64,000 nt of DNA, taken from assembly GCA_965240325.2 (NCBI GenBank), contig OZ251229.1:124001-188000 (forward strand), written 5' to 3'. The translations under genes and the position numbers were made by a program. This document shows positions 11,742 through 22,915 of the stretch, one piece after another (the stretch's first letter is position 1; every line of letters begins with the position of its first letter). The stretch comes from Rebecca billardiae RCC1528. Its lineage: Eukaryota; Protista; Haptophyta. Below the pieces are notes generated by a model. The model saw only the letters and a program-made list of their open reading frames with translations, was not told the origin of the DNA and searched no databases.

Positions 11742-14700
11742 TGGCGGAGCCGCCGGGTGGCGACATGCGTGACCAGCTCCCGCCGCGAGCTCTCGTCCTC
11801 AAGCCGCAGGACCTCCGCACGGCCATCTCCGTTCTTGTGGTCATGGTCACGTCGAAGCCGGACATGGACGTCGCGCTCGCGTTCTCCAACCCGTCCTCGC
11901 CCCTCGAGCCGGGCAAGGACGATACCGGCGCGGACAAGCCCATCGTCTGCCCCCCGTCCACCGCCGCCGCCACCATCCAGGCCAAGCAGCTGCGCACGCA
12001 GGCTTTCATCGTGCAGTTGCTTCTCAAGGCGGTCGCTCCTCGCATCCTCGACCCGATCATCGCGCAGTTGCAGCACTCGGGTCTCGGGCTCGAGCTGTCT
12101 CATCTCGTCAACGCGCTCAACGTGCGCTGCAACAGCTCCCGCCCCTCCTCGCTCGTCGCCAAGCTGTACGCCCTGCTCTCGATCAAACTGTCGCCGAGCG
12201 AGAGCTTCCACGCCTTTGCTGCCCGCGTGATGTCCAACGCCACGGAGCTGCGCGGCGTCGAGATCAAGGACGACATCTTCACGCTCGTCGTGATCCTCGT
12301 GAACCTCTACGGCCGCAACCCGTCCTTCGTCAGCTCGGTGATCGCGACGATGAACGACCAGCCCATCTCGGTGGAGGATCTCATCGAGCGCGTGCACGAT
12401 CTCGACCGCGTCGCCGCCGCCGCCAACGGCACGAACCCCAACCGCCAGGCCGTCAACGCGCTCACCTCCAAGGGCCAGCCCGGCGCATCCATGCCTCCTA
12501 CCCCGTGCAAGTACTGCGGCGGCATGCACTGGAACCGCGACTGCCCGAACCGCCCCCAGACGTCCACCTCGCGCTCCTCGGGCGCGACGCCCGCAGCCGA
12601 CGCTCGCTCCGGCGGCGCGCGCCGCCCGACTCACAAGTCCAACAAGCTCCAGCGCGTGCCCTCCGCGCCCTCGCAGTCGCAGCCGCAGCCGACGCCGCAG
12701 CGGGCGAAGCCGTCGGCGACCACGACGCGCGTGCGGCTCATCCAGGACGGCACGCCGACGCTCAACGCCATCTCCATCTCGGGCTCGGCGTCAGGCCCCA
12801 ACTCGCAGCCGGCGGCGACCGACGCCGACGCGCCGCCGCCGCCGCCCGCCAACTCGCAGCCGCCCGCCGACTCGCCGCTGTCGCGGGCGCGCTTCAACTC
12901 GCTGCCGACGCTCGTCCTCACGCCGTCGTCGCGGCAGCCCGCCGGCGCGCCGCCGCCGCCGCCGGCGCCCGCCAACTCGCCGCCGCCCGCCGACTCGCAG
13001 CTGTCGCGGGCGCACTCCAACTCGCAGCCGGCGCTCACCAACACGCCGCCGCTGCCGCCGCCCGCCGACTCGCAGCAGCCGGCGCTGTCGCTCATCGACC
13101 AGCAGCCGGCGCTCTACTCGCCGCCGCCGCCGCTGTTCGACCCGCCGACGCAGGCCAGCTCGCCGCCGCCGCCCTTCGGCCCGCCGTCGCCGCCGACGCA
13201 GGTCGACTCGCCGTCGCCGCCGGCGTCTGAGGCCGGCTCCCCGATCCAGCTCGCGACGGCGGCCGAGCTCGAGCGCGGCCAGAATGTGCTCATCATGGCG
13301 TTGCGCCAGTCCATCCGCAAGCCCGCCTCCTACGAGCCGTTCCACCTCAAGCCGTTCCGTCTCGCCAACCCCCCGGACGACCGCGACGACTCCGCCTCCG
13401 ACTCGGCCTCGGAGACGGACGATGAGCTGCCGGACCTTGTCCCGTGCACTCCCTCGTCCACGACCTCGGCTTCGGACGCGGCCTCGGACACGTCCGACGA
13501 CTGCCCCAGCCTGGACGACGTCTCCACCGCGGGCAACTACACCTACCCGCTCGGCCACCTCGGCCAGCTCGCCGGAGAGCCGCTCACGCTCAGCCCGTAC
13601 GAGTTCCTCGCCGCAGCCGCCGCGGCCGAGGCCGAGATCCATCGCGCACGGTCTTTCGGTGACGCCGGCGCCTACATCGATGACCTGATCGTCCGGTACG
13701 AGCCGCCGCCGCCGCGGTTCAAGCACGAGGGTCGGCTCCGCGCGCTCTTCAAGTCCTCGCACGGTGCCTTCCTCTTCCTCGTCGCGCTCGCCGTCCTCGC
13801 CATCATCTCGATCCTCACCGCGGTCACCTGCTGCGCCCGCACCGGCCCGCCCATCATCTGCGGCGTCTCCCGCTCGTTTGACCCGATCAACCCGACCTGC
13901 ATCCAGCAGCCGTTGCTCGCCGATCCGGAGGAGATTGAGAACGTGCACTCGACGATCTCCTTCGCCATCGGCACGCCGTTCACAGGCGACATCGCCCAGG
14001 CGAGCATCTCGATCATGATCGACACCGGCGCGGACACCACCATCGCCTCGACCGCGTTCTCTCGGTTTGCCGCCAAGTCCTTCCGCCAGTTCTCGGAGGC
14101 GCGCGCGGCGAACGGCACGCGGATCAAGATCAACACCTCGGCCTCGTTCGCCCTCGGCATGCGCTCGATCGACGGCGACCTCATCACGCTGCCGCTCATG
14201 GACGTCCCGCTCTCTCCAGACGTCCCGGGCTTCTACATGAGCGACACTTGGCTGACCCGCCTCGGCATCTCGTTCATCTCGCTCGCGGCGCCGACCACCT
14301 TCATGTCCGGCGCCACCCCGATCCACGCGCAGGGCGGCCGGTACCTGCTGTACGGCGACAAGCTCGTTCCTCTGCACGGCCGCGATCTCGCATGCGCCGT
14401 CTTCATCCCGGACGACGACTCGCCGTCGCCCACCATCGCCGCGTCCGGCCTCCACGTGCCGCCCGCCCCGCTCCAGTCCTCGCTGCCGCCGCCGCCGGCG
14501 CAGCCGCCCACGTCCGACGGCGCTCTCGTCATCGTGACCATGGACCAGGCCTCGCAGACCGCCGACCTTGCGCCGGACGACGACACGTTCTGCGACGAGT
14601 GCTGCGTCGAGTTCAAGGACACCGACGAGCTCTCGCGCGTCGCTCACCTCCGGCTCGGCCACGCTCACGCAGCTGCCGTCAACCGCACGCTCGCCGCATC

Positions 14701-17497
14701 CAAGCACCTCGGCGCGCGCAACCTCAAGTCGGACTGCTCGTGCGCGCTCGCCAAGATGAAGCGCAACTCGTTCACGTCCACGTCGCCCCGCTCGGAGAAG
14801 GCGTTCGTGCTCGTCCATGTCGACGTCGCCGGCTACGTCGACGGCAAGTTCATCGTGAACCCGGACGATTTTGCCAAGTTCTACGTGATCGTGTTTGTCG
14901 ACGACTACACCCGGGCCGGCTTCATCTACTTCCTCGACCGCCGCTCGGACGCACCGGAGGCGATGCGACGCTTCATCGACGACATGTCGGTCTACGGCCA
15001 CACCGTCAGCCGCTTCCGCGTCGACGGCGCCCCCGAGCTCAACTCGACCGACTGGGAGGGCATCTGCCGCGCCCACGGCATCGCCCCCAACCAGGTCACG
15101 CCGCCCGACACGCCGCAGCACAACCCGATCGCCGAGCGCTTCATCCAGACGCTCTTCAACGCGGCGCGCTCGATCCTGTTCCACTCCAAGCTGCGCATCG
15201 ACGCCTACGCCAAGGACGCGCTGCGCCACGCCGCGTACATCATCCGCCGCATCGCCACGCCGGTGACGTTCGACAAGACGCCGTTCGAGCTGCTGCGCGG
15301 CTTCCCGCCAGATCTCGCTCAGCTGCGTGTCTTCGGCTGCGTCGCCTACGTCGTGCCGCCGAACACGCACTTCAAGAAGCTCGACCCGCGCGCCGTCATG
15401 GGCGTCTACGTCGGCCACGGCGACGACGGCCACATGGTGAACGTCCCGCCCAAGAACCGCACGCGCTACACGAAGGCGGTCATCGTACGCGTGCCCGGCG
15501 ACGGCCAGATCGTCCCGGACATGTTCATCATCTCGCACCACGTGCGCTTCGACGAGGACACGCTCTACGTCGACCACCCCGACGCCGCTCACATCGCGCG
15601 CGACCCGCTCGCCGCCGCGCCGCAGCTGCCGCCGACGTCGCCGCCGCTCGACCTCCATGCTGCCGATGTGGGTAATGGGGGAAGTTCCCACGGCGCCGTC
15701 CGGCGCCGCGATGGCGCTGGCGCATTCGGACACGCTGAGCGGGTGGGGGACGCACCGCACGCCTACGTCGGAGACGCTGACGACGACGCCGCCGGCGCCG
15801 AGGACTCCCTCGATGTCGGCAACGCGCTCAACGACGACGACCCGCCCTCATCTCGCACGCGCGCGCGCGCACACGTCAACTCGGTCGCGTCGCCGACTTA
15901 CTCCAAGCTGCCGCGCATCTACGCGCTCCTGCTCGCCATCGGACTCTCGGACACGCCGACGGCGGTGCAAGCACTCAACGGCCCGCATGCGACGCAGTTC
16001 GCCGCCGCTCTCGACGCCGAGTACGCCTCCATCCTGGCCAACGACACGTGGGTGGAGGTGCCGCGCAAGCCGGGGATGCGCACGCTGAAGGCGGCGCCCG
16101 TGTTCAACATCAAGCGCGACAAGAAGGGCAACATCAAGCGGTTCAAGGCCCGCGTCGTGGGCAAGGGCTTCACGCAGATCGAGGGCATCGACTACGACGA
16201 GACCTTCTCCTCGGTCGTCCGCTACGAGACCCTCAAGATGATCATCGCCATCGCCGCGGCCAAGCAGCGCCGCCTCTTCCACGGCGACTTCACGACGGCG
16301 TACCTCAACGCGCCGATCGACTACGAGATCTACCTCGAGCTGCCGCTCGGGTACAAGCCGAAGACGAAGGGCGACGTCGTGCTGCGCCTCCTCAAGAGCC
16401 TCTACGGTCTCAAGCAGTCCGGCCGCAACTGGCGTCTCATGATCGACGACTGGATGAAGGAGTACGGGTTCGCGCAGAGCCAGGCCGACCCGTGCCTCTA
16501 TGTCCTCAACACGCAGTCGGGCATCATCGCCGTGTGCATCTACGTGGACGACATGCTCATCCTCGACGACAGCGACGACCCGACCGCCTGCGACAACTTC
16601 ATCTCGAAGATCACATCCTCGTACAAGATGACCATCACGGCCGACATCGACGGCTACCTGTCGGCCACGCTCACGCGATCCAAGGACGGCATCATGGTGA
16701 CCGTCACCAAGAACATCCTCGAGCTCCTCGAGAAGACGGGCTTCATGAACTGCAACACGTCCGACACGCCGATGACCGAGGGCCTCAAGCTCGGCCCGTG
16801 CTCCGAGTCAGACGCGCTCGACGCGGAGACGACGACGTTCTTCCGCTCCGTGGTCGGCTCGCTCATCCACATCACGCAGTTTCGCCCGGACATCGCCTAC
16901 GCCGTCGGCACGCTCACCCACTTCATGTCCAAGCCGGGCAAGAAGCACCTCGAGGCTGCCAAGCGCGTCATCCGCTACCTCGCCGGCACGCCGAACCACG
17001 GCCTCTTCTTCCGCTCGGGCTCGGACGTCATGCTCGTCGCGTACGTGGACGCCGACTACGCCAACGACCTCCACGACGAGCGCAAGTCTGTCACCGGCTA
17101 CGTGATGCACCTCTGCGGCTCGACGGTGAGCGGCCGCCGCGAGAAGCAGCGCACGACGGCTCTGAGCTCGACCGAAGCTGAGTACATGGCCGTCACCTCC
17201 GCCGGCAAGGAGATCATCTTCATGCGCAAGCTGCTCACCGACCTCGGCTACCCGCAGCTCGCGCCGACCAAGCTCTTCGAGGACAACAAGGCGGTGGTGG
17301 ACCTCACGGACAACGAGAAGTACCACAACCGCACCAAGCACATCGACGTCCAGTACCACTGGAACCGTCAGCACGCCCGCGCCGGCACCTTCAAGCTCTT
17401 CTTGATCCCCGGCACCGAGAACCCGGCCGACATCATGACCAAGCCGCTCGGCTCGGCCGCCTTCCTCAAACTTCGTGCTCAGATCCTGGGCATGTAA
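11741..17497 (+). CDS. Copia gag-pol polyprotein (1918 aa)
   Basis: CCHC knuckle CKYCGGMHWNRDC; protease IDTGA; integrase HLRLGH, VHVDVAG, FVDDY, VDGAPE, NPIAER; RT LYGLKQSG and YVDDML; RNase H YVDADYA, SSTEAEY, EDN, KHIDV. The true start may be slightly downstream. Confidence 0.95.
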   Translation: MAEPPGGDMRDQLPPRALVLKPQDLRTAISVLVVMVTSKPDMDVALAFSNPSSPLEPGKDDTGADKPIVCPPSTAAATIQAKQLRTQAFIVQLLLKAVAPRILDPIIAQLQHSGLGLELSHLVNALNVRCNSSRPSSLVAKLYALLSIKLSPSESFHAFAARVMSNATELRGVEIKDDIFTLVVILVNLYGRNPSFVSSVIATMNDQPISVEDLIERVHDLDRVAAAANGTNPNRQAVNALTSKGQPGASMPPTPCKYCGGMHWNRDCPNRPQTSTSRSSGATPAADARSGGARRPTHKSNKLQRVPSAPSQSQPQPTPQRAKPSATTTRVRLIQDGTPTLNAISISGSASGPNSQPAATDADAPPPPPANSQPPADSPLSRARFNSLPTLVLTPSSRQPAGAPPPPPAPANSPPPADSQLSRAHSNSQPALTNTPPLPPPADSQQPALSLIDQQPALYSPPPPLFDPPTQASSPPPPFGPPSPPTQVDSPSPPASEAGSPIQLATAAELERGQNVLIMALRQSIRKPASYEPFHLKPFRLANPPDDRDDSASDSASETDDELPDLVPCTPSSTTSASDAASDTSDDCPSLDDVSTAGNYTYPLGHLGQLAGEPLTLSPYEFLAAAAAAEAEIHRARSFGDAGAYIDDLIVRYEPPPPRFKHEGRLRALFKSSHGAFLFLVALAVLAIISILTAVTCCARTGPPIICGVSRSFDPINPTCIQQPLLADPEEIENVHSTISFAIGTPFTGDIAQASISIMIDTGADTTIASTAFSRFAAKSFRQFSEARAANGTRIKINTSASFALGMRSIDGDLITLPLMDVPLSPDVPGFYMSDTWLTRLGISFISLAAPTTFMSGATPIHAQGGRYLLYGDKLVPLHGRDLACAVFIPDDDSPSPTIAASGLHVPPAPLQSSLPPPPAQPPTSDGALVIVTMDQASQTADLAPDDDTFCDECCVEFKDTDELSRVAHLRLGHAHAAAVNRTLAASKHLGARNLKSDCSCALAKMKRNSFTSTSPRSEKAFVLVHVDVAGYVDGKFIVNPDDFAKFYVIVFVDDYTRAGFIYFLDRRSDAPEAMRRFIDDMSVYGHTVSRFRVDGAPELNSTDWEGICRAHGIAPNQVTPPDTPQHNPIAERFIQTLFNAARSILFHSKLRIDAYAKDALRHAAYIIRRIATPVTFDKTPFELLRGFPPDLAQLRVFGCVAYVVPPNTHFKKLDPRAVMGVYVGHGDDGHMVNVPPKNRTRYTKAVIVRVPGDGQIVPDMFIISHHVRFDEDTLYVDHPDAAHIARDPLAAAPQLPPTSPPLDLHAADVGNGGSSHGAVRRRDGAGAFGHAERVGDAPHAYVGDADDDAAGAEDSLDVGNALNDDDPPSSRTRARAHVNSVASPTYSKLPRIYALLLAIGLSDTPTAVQALNGPHATQFAAALDAEYASILANDTWVEVPRKPGMRTLKAAPVFNIKRDKKGNIKRFKARVVGKGFTQIEGIDYDETFSSVVRYETLKMIIAIAAAKQRRLFHGDFTTAYLNAPIDYEIYLELPLGYKPKTKGDVVLRLLKSLYGLKQSGRNWRLMIDDWMKEYGFAQSQADPCLYVLNTQSGIIAVCIYVDDMLILDDSDDPTACDNFISKITSSYKMTITADIDGYLSATLTRSKDGIMVTVTKNILELLEKTGFMNCNTSDTPMTEGLKLGPCSESDALDAETTTFFRSVVGSLIHITQFRPDIAYAVGTLTHFMSKPGKKHLEAAKRVIRYLAGTPNHGLFFRSGSDVMLVAYVDADYANDLHDERKSVTGYVMHLCGSTVSGRREKQRTTALSSTEAEYMAVTSAGKEIIFMRKLLTDLGYPQLAPTKLFEDNKAVVDLTDNEKYHNRTKHIDVQYHWNRQHARAGTFKLFLIPGTENPADIMTKPLGSAAFLKLRAQILGM
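11742..11757 (+). promoter_or_regulatory. Primer-binding site
   Basis: TGGCGGAGCCGCCGGG directly after the 5' LTR; TGG complements tRNA CCA. The tRNA is not identified. Confidence 0.65.
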
Positions 17498-17754
17498 GGC
17501 CTCGCCGCACACACGAAGTCCCAGTGCTACATCGGTCGCCGCTCGTCGGACGCACATTGACCTCACGCTGTCTCTTCTGAACGGAGACGCTGCCGGCACC
17601 GACTCGCCCGACTTCTACATCGTCTACTCGGACAACCGCTCCGACGCATGCATCCCATACGGCAACATCGCATCATCTACAATCACACGATGGTCACACG
17701 TCTACACCCAGTCCCTTCGGGTCGACCAGGTTTCGTACGACCACCGCTGCGATT

Positions 17755-17763
17755 GGGTGGGGG
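17755..17763 (+). promoter_or_regulatory. Polypurine tract
   Basis: GGGTGGGGG directly before the 3' LTR. Confidence 0.7.
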
Positions 17764-18090
17764 TGTCAAGATCCAACGTTACCGGACTCGCTCTCCTGTG
17801 CGTACACACCCGGATCACCAACCGTCACTGGACACCACATACGCCGACTCTCATTATCAGGTCGGCATCACACTTACTCCCATCATGGTTCATTTCACGA
17901 CTTACCCGTTGATGGCTATCAGTGCCTCCTACACGGTCCTAGGACTGTCGGATGCCCCCCTAGTGACCGGCTCGTTCAGTTCGTACCGCTTCGCATTGCA
18001 TCAGTCGAACTCCAGTCCCTCGGGGCATCCTCGCCCCCCTCGTCACGCTCTCGGGCCTCACGGCCCTGTCGCTCTCTTCACCCTTTGACA
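17764..18090 (+). repeat. 3' LTR
   Basis: Copy of 11415-11741, followed by the TSD CTCGG. Confidence 0.95.
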
Positions 18091-19281
18091 CTCGGCCTTT
18101 TAGGGTGGCGCGGAGCCTTTTTCTCGGACCCCGCTCGAAAATCGAGCTCCGACGCCTTCGGACGCTCAGAGCTCGGTTCCGCTCGACAGCGCGAGCGGCC
18201 GGAGGCAGTGGACCGCCGCGCGCTCGCGACCTTTGAGACGCCGAGATGGTCTCGGGTGCGCACGCGCGTGACGCTGGTGGGCGCTACTGACCCGTGCATT
18301 TGCGCCACCAGCGGCTCACCACCCGCTTCTTGGCCACCTCGCGCCGTGCGCGGCGCGCGTCGGCCGGCTTGAATTGGTGCGCTGCGTACGCCCGCTACGC
18401 TACCGCACGGTGTGGCGCATGATCAACTCGGACCAATGAGATCGATGCTCGGACCAATCGTCCATGTATGTCTGTGAATGCCCAGCTCGCCTAACCTGCC
18501 CTACTGCGCCGGAATCGCCGTCAGCAGACCGGCGCGAGCTCGCGCGCAACACCTCCGCGGAGCTCGCAACTGTCATGTTCCGCTTGTAGGGCCCGTGTTT
18601 GCACCTGCCGTGGCACTTGCGATGGTCAGTACGTTGGGTATGGGTCACGTGTGCCCTCTGATGGCGTCTGGGCGCCTCCCATTCGCCTCTCAGGACGTCG
18701 CGGACGTGCTCGCAGGCAGCGGTTGGCTCATTCGACAGGACACAGGTCCGACGTGCACTCGACCGTGCCTGCAAGCGCGCCCCTGTGACGCTCATGCCTG
18801 CAGAAGCAGATGCAGATGGGCCCCCATGCACCCTGGTGCGCCCAAGACCGGCGGCAGCGTCAGAGACCGTCTCAATCTTGACACCTTGCACACGCCGGCG
18901 CGTGCCGTTGGGCTGAGGGCTCCGCGCAGCCAGCCAGGAGCGCCGAACAGCGCCGGATCAGCCTCTGTAGGCCAAATATCCGCCCCTAAGCCCAGAAATA
19001 GCGCGGAACAGGGTAGTGCGTACCCATATGGACCGATCCCATCCAGCCTGGTTTGGTGCAGACACGCCAGCCACCGCCTGGAGCAGGCGTTTGCTGCCGA
19101 ATCGCATGCTCGGCACTGTGCCGCACTGCGACGACGACAGATTTGACCTGCCTCGTAGGTCTCGGCCAGGGAGCGGTGACGGTTGGCTCGAGTGACTTTT
19201 AACCTTGACTATGACCGAGAGTACTCCCGGGCTGAGGACGTGGGGCCGGTGCTTTCGGTCTACTATGTCTGCAATACGCCG

Positions 19282-19397
19282 TACGCGTGGCCGTATACTC
19301 ACAGTCCGTGAAAACGTATCTCGCAGCTCGAGATCAGACTACGCGTGGCCGTATACTCACAGTCCGTGAAAACGTATCTCGCAGCTCGAGATCAGAC
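19282..19397. repeat. Perfect 58-bp tandem duplication
   Basis: TACGCGTGGCCGTATACTC...GAGATCAGAC at 19282-19339 and 19340-19397. Confidence 0.9.
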
Positions 19398-20481
19398 GAG
19401 ACTGTATTCATCAGCATGGCGCCTATATACACGGTGGGTATGTAACGACCGGTGGCTTCTAGGAAACTACATATTTGACAGCCTGCCAGTACACAGCCTA
19501 CATCGCATGTTGGGACCTGCTGCTGCTGGGGACTCATGAACGATCTCGCTGAGAAGTGAGAGTGAGATGAGCACTCTATCAAAGTGAGGTCGGTCAGCAT
19601 GGTCTATATGTCACATATAGGACGACCGTTACATATGCTGCATTCCCAATAAGTAAAGTATTAAGTTCAGGCTCATTCTAATAAGTAAATATGCTAGCCG
19701 TTACGCCCTCTAATCAGGGTATGTGCACCTGATTTTTTTACATGGCCGGCCCAGACCCCTCCAGAGGGCAAATGATCCAGCCCGAAATCAGCTCGATCTA
19801 AACACTCGCTAGGACCCGCGCTCGTGGCCGTCAGTAACGCTACAGTGCCACTTAGTGGCCCCCCTATCATAATATAGTCTCCGCCGCCGAGCCAGCAGCG
19901 CTGCAGCGCAGGCTCTCCGTGATCTCTCTCTCTTATTCTTATATTATTGGCGGCGTCGAAAATATGTCGTCGTCTATCGGCCCTGGCCGCATGAGACTGG
20001 CGCTGAAGTCCGTAGCTCCACGCCACGAGTACAACAGCGCCAGCAGCACGCCGCCGAGCCGCGGCGGCGGGGCGCGACTCCGGCTCCGCATCGCGCGCCA
20101 CCATCATATCATCAAGCTGGTGTCCTGCCGAGCAGTGCCGCGCAGGCGTATGCACGAGCCCAGGCAGGAGCGTCCGCGCTGCCGTGCAGCCGCTGCTGCT
20201 GCCCGCCAAGTGCAGCAGCGAAGCAGCCGCCGCGCCGCGGTCAGCAAGCGAGCGGGTTACAGCCCGAGGCGCGAGGCCCCAGCTGGGGCGCCCAGCGGGG
20301 GGCGGGGCGGCAGCCGCCCTCCCCGACACGCCGCGTGCCGGCATCCTCTGCCGTCGACGCAGCGCCAGTCAGGGGTGGCCCCGCCCCGCCCCGACCAGAG
20401 CGCCCTGCTGCCCGCCCGCTGCGCTTCGCTCTGCGCGCGCGGAGAGACAGGTGTGCGCTTGGGTGCGCGCGCCGCCCGAGC

Positions 20482-22361
20482 TCACGGCCGTGGGCCGGTG
20501 AGCGGCGGGTGGCTGCCGAGCGGCGAGGCGGCCCGCTGCATCGGCCGCGCCGCCGTCGCGTCGGCCCCTTGGCCCCAGCCGCCCGCGCACCCGCTGCCGC
20601 ACGGCGCGCCGCCCGCGCCACTCGGCGAGTCCGCCGCTGCGGGCGGTGCGCGTGCCGCTGCGGGTGTGCTGAAGTCGGCTGCGCCCGCGCCGTGGCGCGC
20701 GCGCGGGCTCGCGCCGCCGGAGGGCGAGAGGCGGCGCAGGGCGGCGATGGTGGGCGAGCACGCAGACGGGTCGCACTCCCGCGCGGCGATCTCGCCGAGG
20801 CTGCTGAAGTAGGGGTGGCGCAGCGCAGCGCGAGCGCTGGGCCGTGCGGGCGGGTCGCACGCGAGCAGCAGCTGCGCGGCGGCGCGCACGGGCGGCGCGT
20901 GCGGCGGCGTGCAGCGTGAGCAGGCGGGCGAGGCGCGCGCGCGCGCGCGTGGGGCGGAAGGGGCGCGCGCGCGCGCGCGCGGGCGCGCGCACCTCCATCA
21001 GCGCGAGCGCCTGCGCGTCCGCCGCCGCCCTGGGCGCGACGCTCGCCAGCGGCACCGGCCGCCAGCGCGGGAACTGAGGCTGGTAGCCGGGCAGCGCGCA
21101 CAGCGCGGGCGTGGCCTCGGCCGAGGGCGAGCCGCGGCAGCGGAAGATGCGGAAGAGCTGGTCGATCTCCGAGTCGCCCATGAAGAGGGCGGTGCCCGTG
21201 AGCATCTCGACGAAGATGCACCCGGCGGACCACAGCTGCGCGAGCGAGCGCGCGCGGTCGGGCGGCGCGCGTGAGCGGCGTCGCCGCGGCGCGCTGCAGC
21301 CCGCCGCCCGCGGCGCGCGCGCGCGCGCGCGCGGCGCGCACGTCGACGGCCGTGGCGTAGTGCTCGGAGCAGAGCAAGATCTCGGGCGCGCGGTACCACA
21401 GCGTCACCACCTCGTGCGTGTACGAGCGGTCGGGCAGCCGCAGCGCGCGCGAGAGCCCGAAGTCGGCGATCTGTAGCCGGCCGGTGCGCACGTCGATCAG
21501 CAGGTTCTGCGGCTTCAGGTCGCGGTGCAGCACGCGGTGCGCGTGGCAGAAGGCGATGCCGGCGAGCAGCTGGAACAGGTACGACTGCCACGCCGCGCGC
21601 GCGAGCCGTGCGGGCGCGGGCAGCGGGTCACGGCGCGCGCCGCGCCGAGCGCGGAGCGGCGCGCGGAGCCGCCCGCCTCGGGCCGCGCCGCCGCGCGCGC
21701 ACCCGCACTGTGCCCTCGGGGAGGCCGTCGCGCGACATCTGCGAGTCCATCAGCTGCTTCAGGTCGGTCTCGACAAAGTCGAACACGAGGTACAGCTTGC
21801 GCGGCTCGTGCACGACGTCGAGCAGCCTGGCGCGCGGCACGCGGCACGGCCGCACCGCGCGATCCGCGTTGGCGGCCGCGCGTGCCGAGCGGGCGGCCGC
21901 GCGGCGCGAGCCGCCACATCGGCGCGTGCGCACCGGCCCCGCGCCCTCCTCCACTCCGTCCTTCCCGCCCGCCGTGCGCGCACCACACACACACGCGCAC
22001 ACACACGCGCGCACACACGCGCGCACCTGATCACGTTGTCGTGCCGCAGCTCTTTGAGCAGAGAGACCTCGCGGATGGCGGTGGTGGGGATGCCGTCGTC
22101 CTCGAGGTCGAGCCGGATCTTTTTGAGCGCGACGGGGAGGCTGGTCGTCAGGTCAAGCGCCTTGTACACCACGCCGTACGTCCCTGCGCGCGCGGCGCGT
22201 GCGCCGGCCGTGAGCCGGGCGCAAACGCGCGCGCGCACGGCGGCGCGCTGCGGGCGCGCGCCGCGCGCGGCGGGGGCGCGCCGCGCGGCGGACGGGAAGC
22301 TGTGCCCGCTGCAGAGCGACGTACCCTCGCCGACCTTGTCGATTTTGTGGTACCGCTCCAT
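20482..22361 (-). CDS. Cyclin-dependent kinase, CDK1/CDKA-like (PTTAIRE), about 5 introns
   Basis: Exon pieces [21 protein letters not shown]...[62 protein letters not shown]. Confidence 0.92.
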
Positions 22362-22915
22362 GGCGCGCGCGCCAAGAGCGCGCGCGGGACGGCGCTCTCC
22401 GGACGCTCTGGCCGTACCGACGCGCGTGATGCGAAGCCCGCGTCTCCCAATCGCGGGCGTGGCCCAGCGTGGGAGTCCGATGCTCCGCCGAAGCGCTGGC
22501 GCGGCGGGTTCGTGGCGGATGGGTTCGCTTCAGCAAAGGAATGAAAGGCTTCAGTACGAGATTTTTGATACTAATCAGGTTCAAGGTTCATTAGGTTCGC
22601 CTCGCGAGTCGCGAAAGCGGTCGGGCCGCGACCTTTCCCACCTTTGAAAGGCTTTGATCATGAGCGGCCTACTGGTAAATGGAGGCGTTCTGATCCCAGG
22701 GGGTACCGTCGAGGCTTATACTCATCTCCCAGCATATCATTTGGGGTGCGTATTTATGACGTATTCAGACCCGTCAGCCTGATGATAGTCCGTGTTCAGA
22801 ACATCGTTGATAAATGAACATCGGGTAATACTTATGGTTGTTCAAGTTACGGCCCTTGGTTGGTTATGCTGAGCCAAATAATATACAGAAAAGATGTCAT
22901 ATCGAATAATCTCAA

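Larger units (their letters stand above)
11415..18090 (+). mobile_element. Intact Ty1/copia LTR retrotransposon
   Basis: Two 327-bp TGTCAA...TTGACA LTRs; 5-bp TSD CTCGG (11410-11414, 18091-18095); TGG-starting PBS; purine-rich tract; gag-PR-INT-RT-RH domain order. Confidence 0.97.

Noticed and set aside
22779-22830. Hammerhead ribozyme (CTGATGA)
   Set aside because: No suitably placed GAAA or supporting stems.
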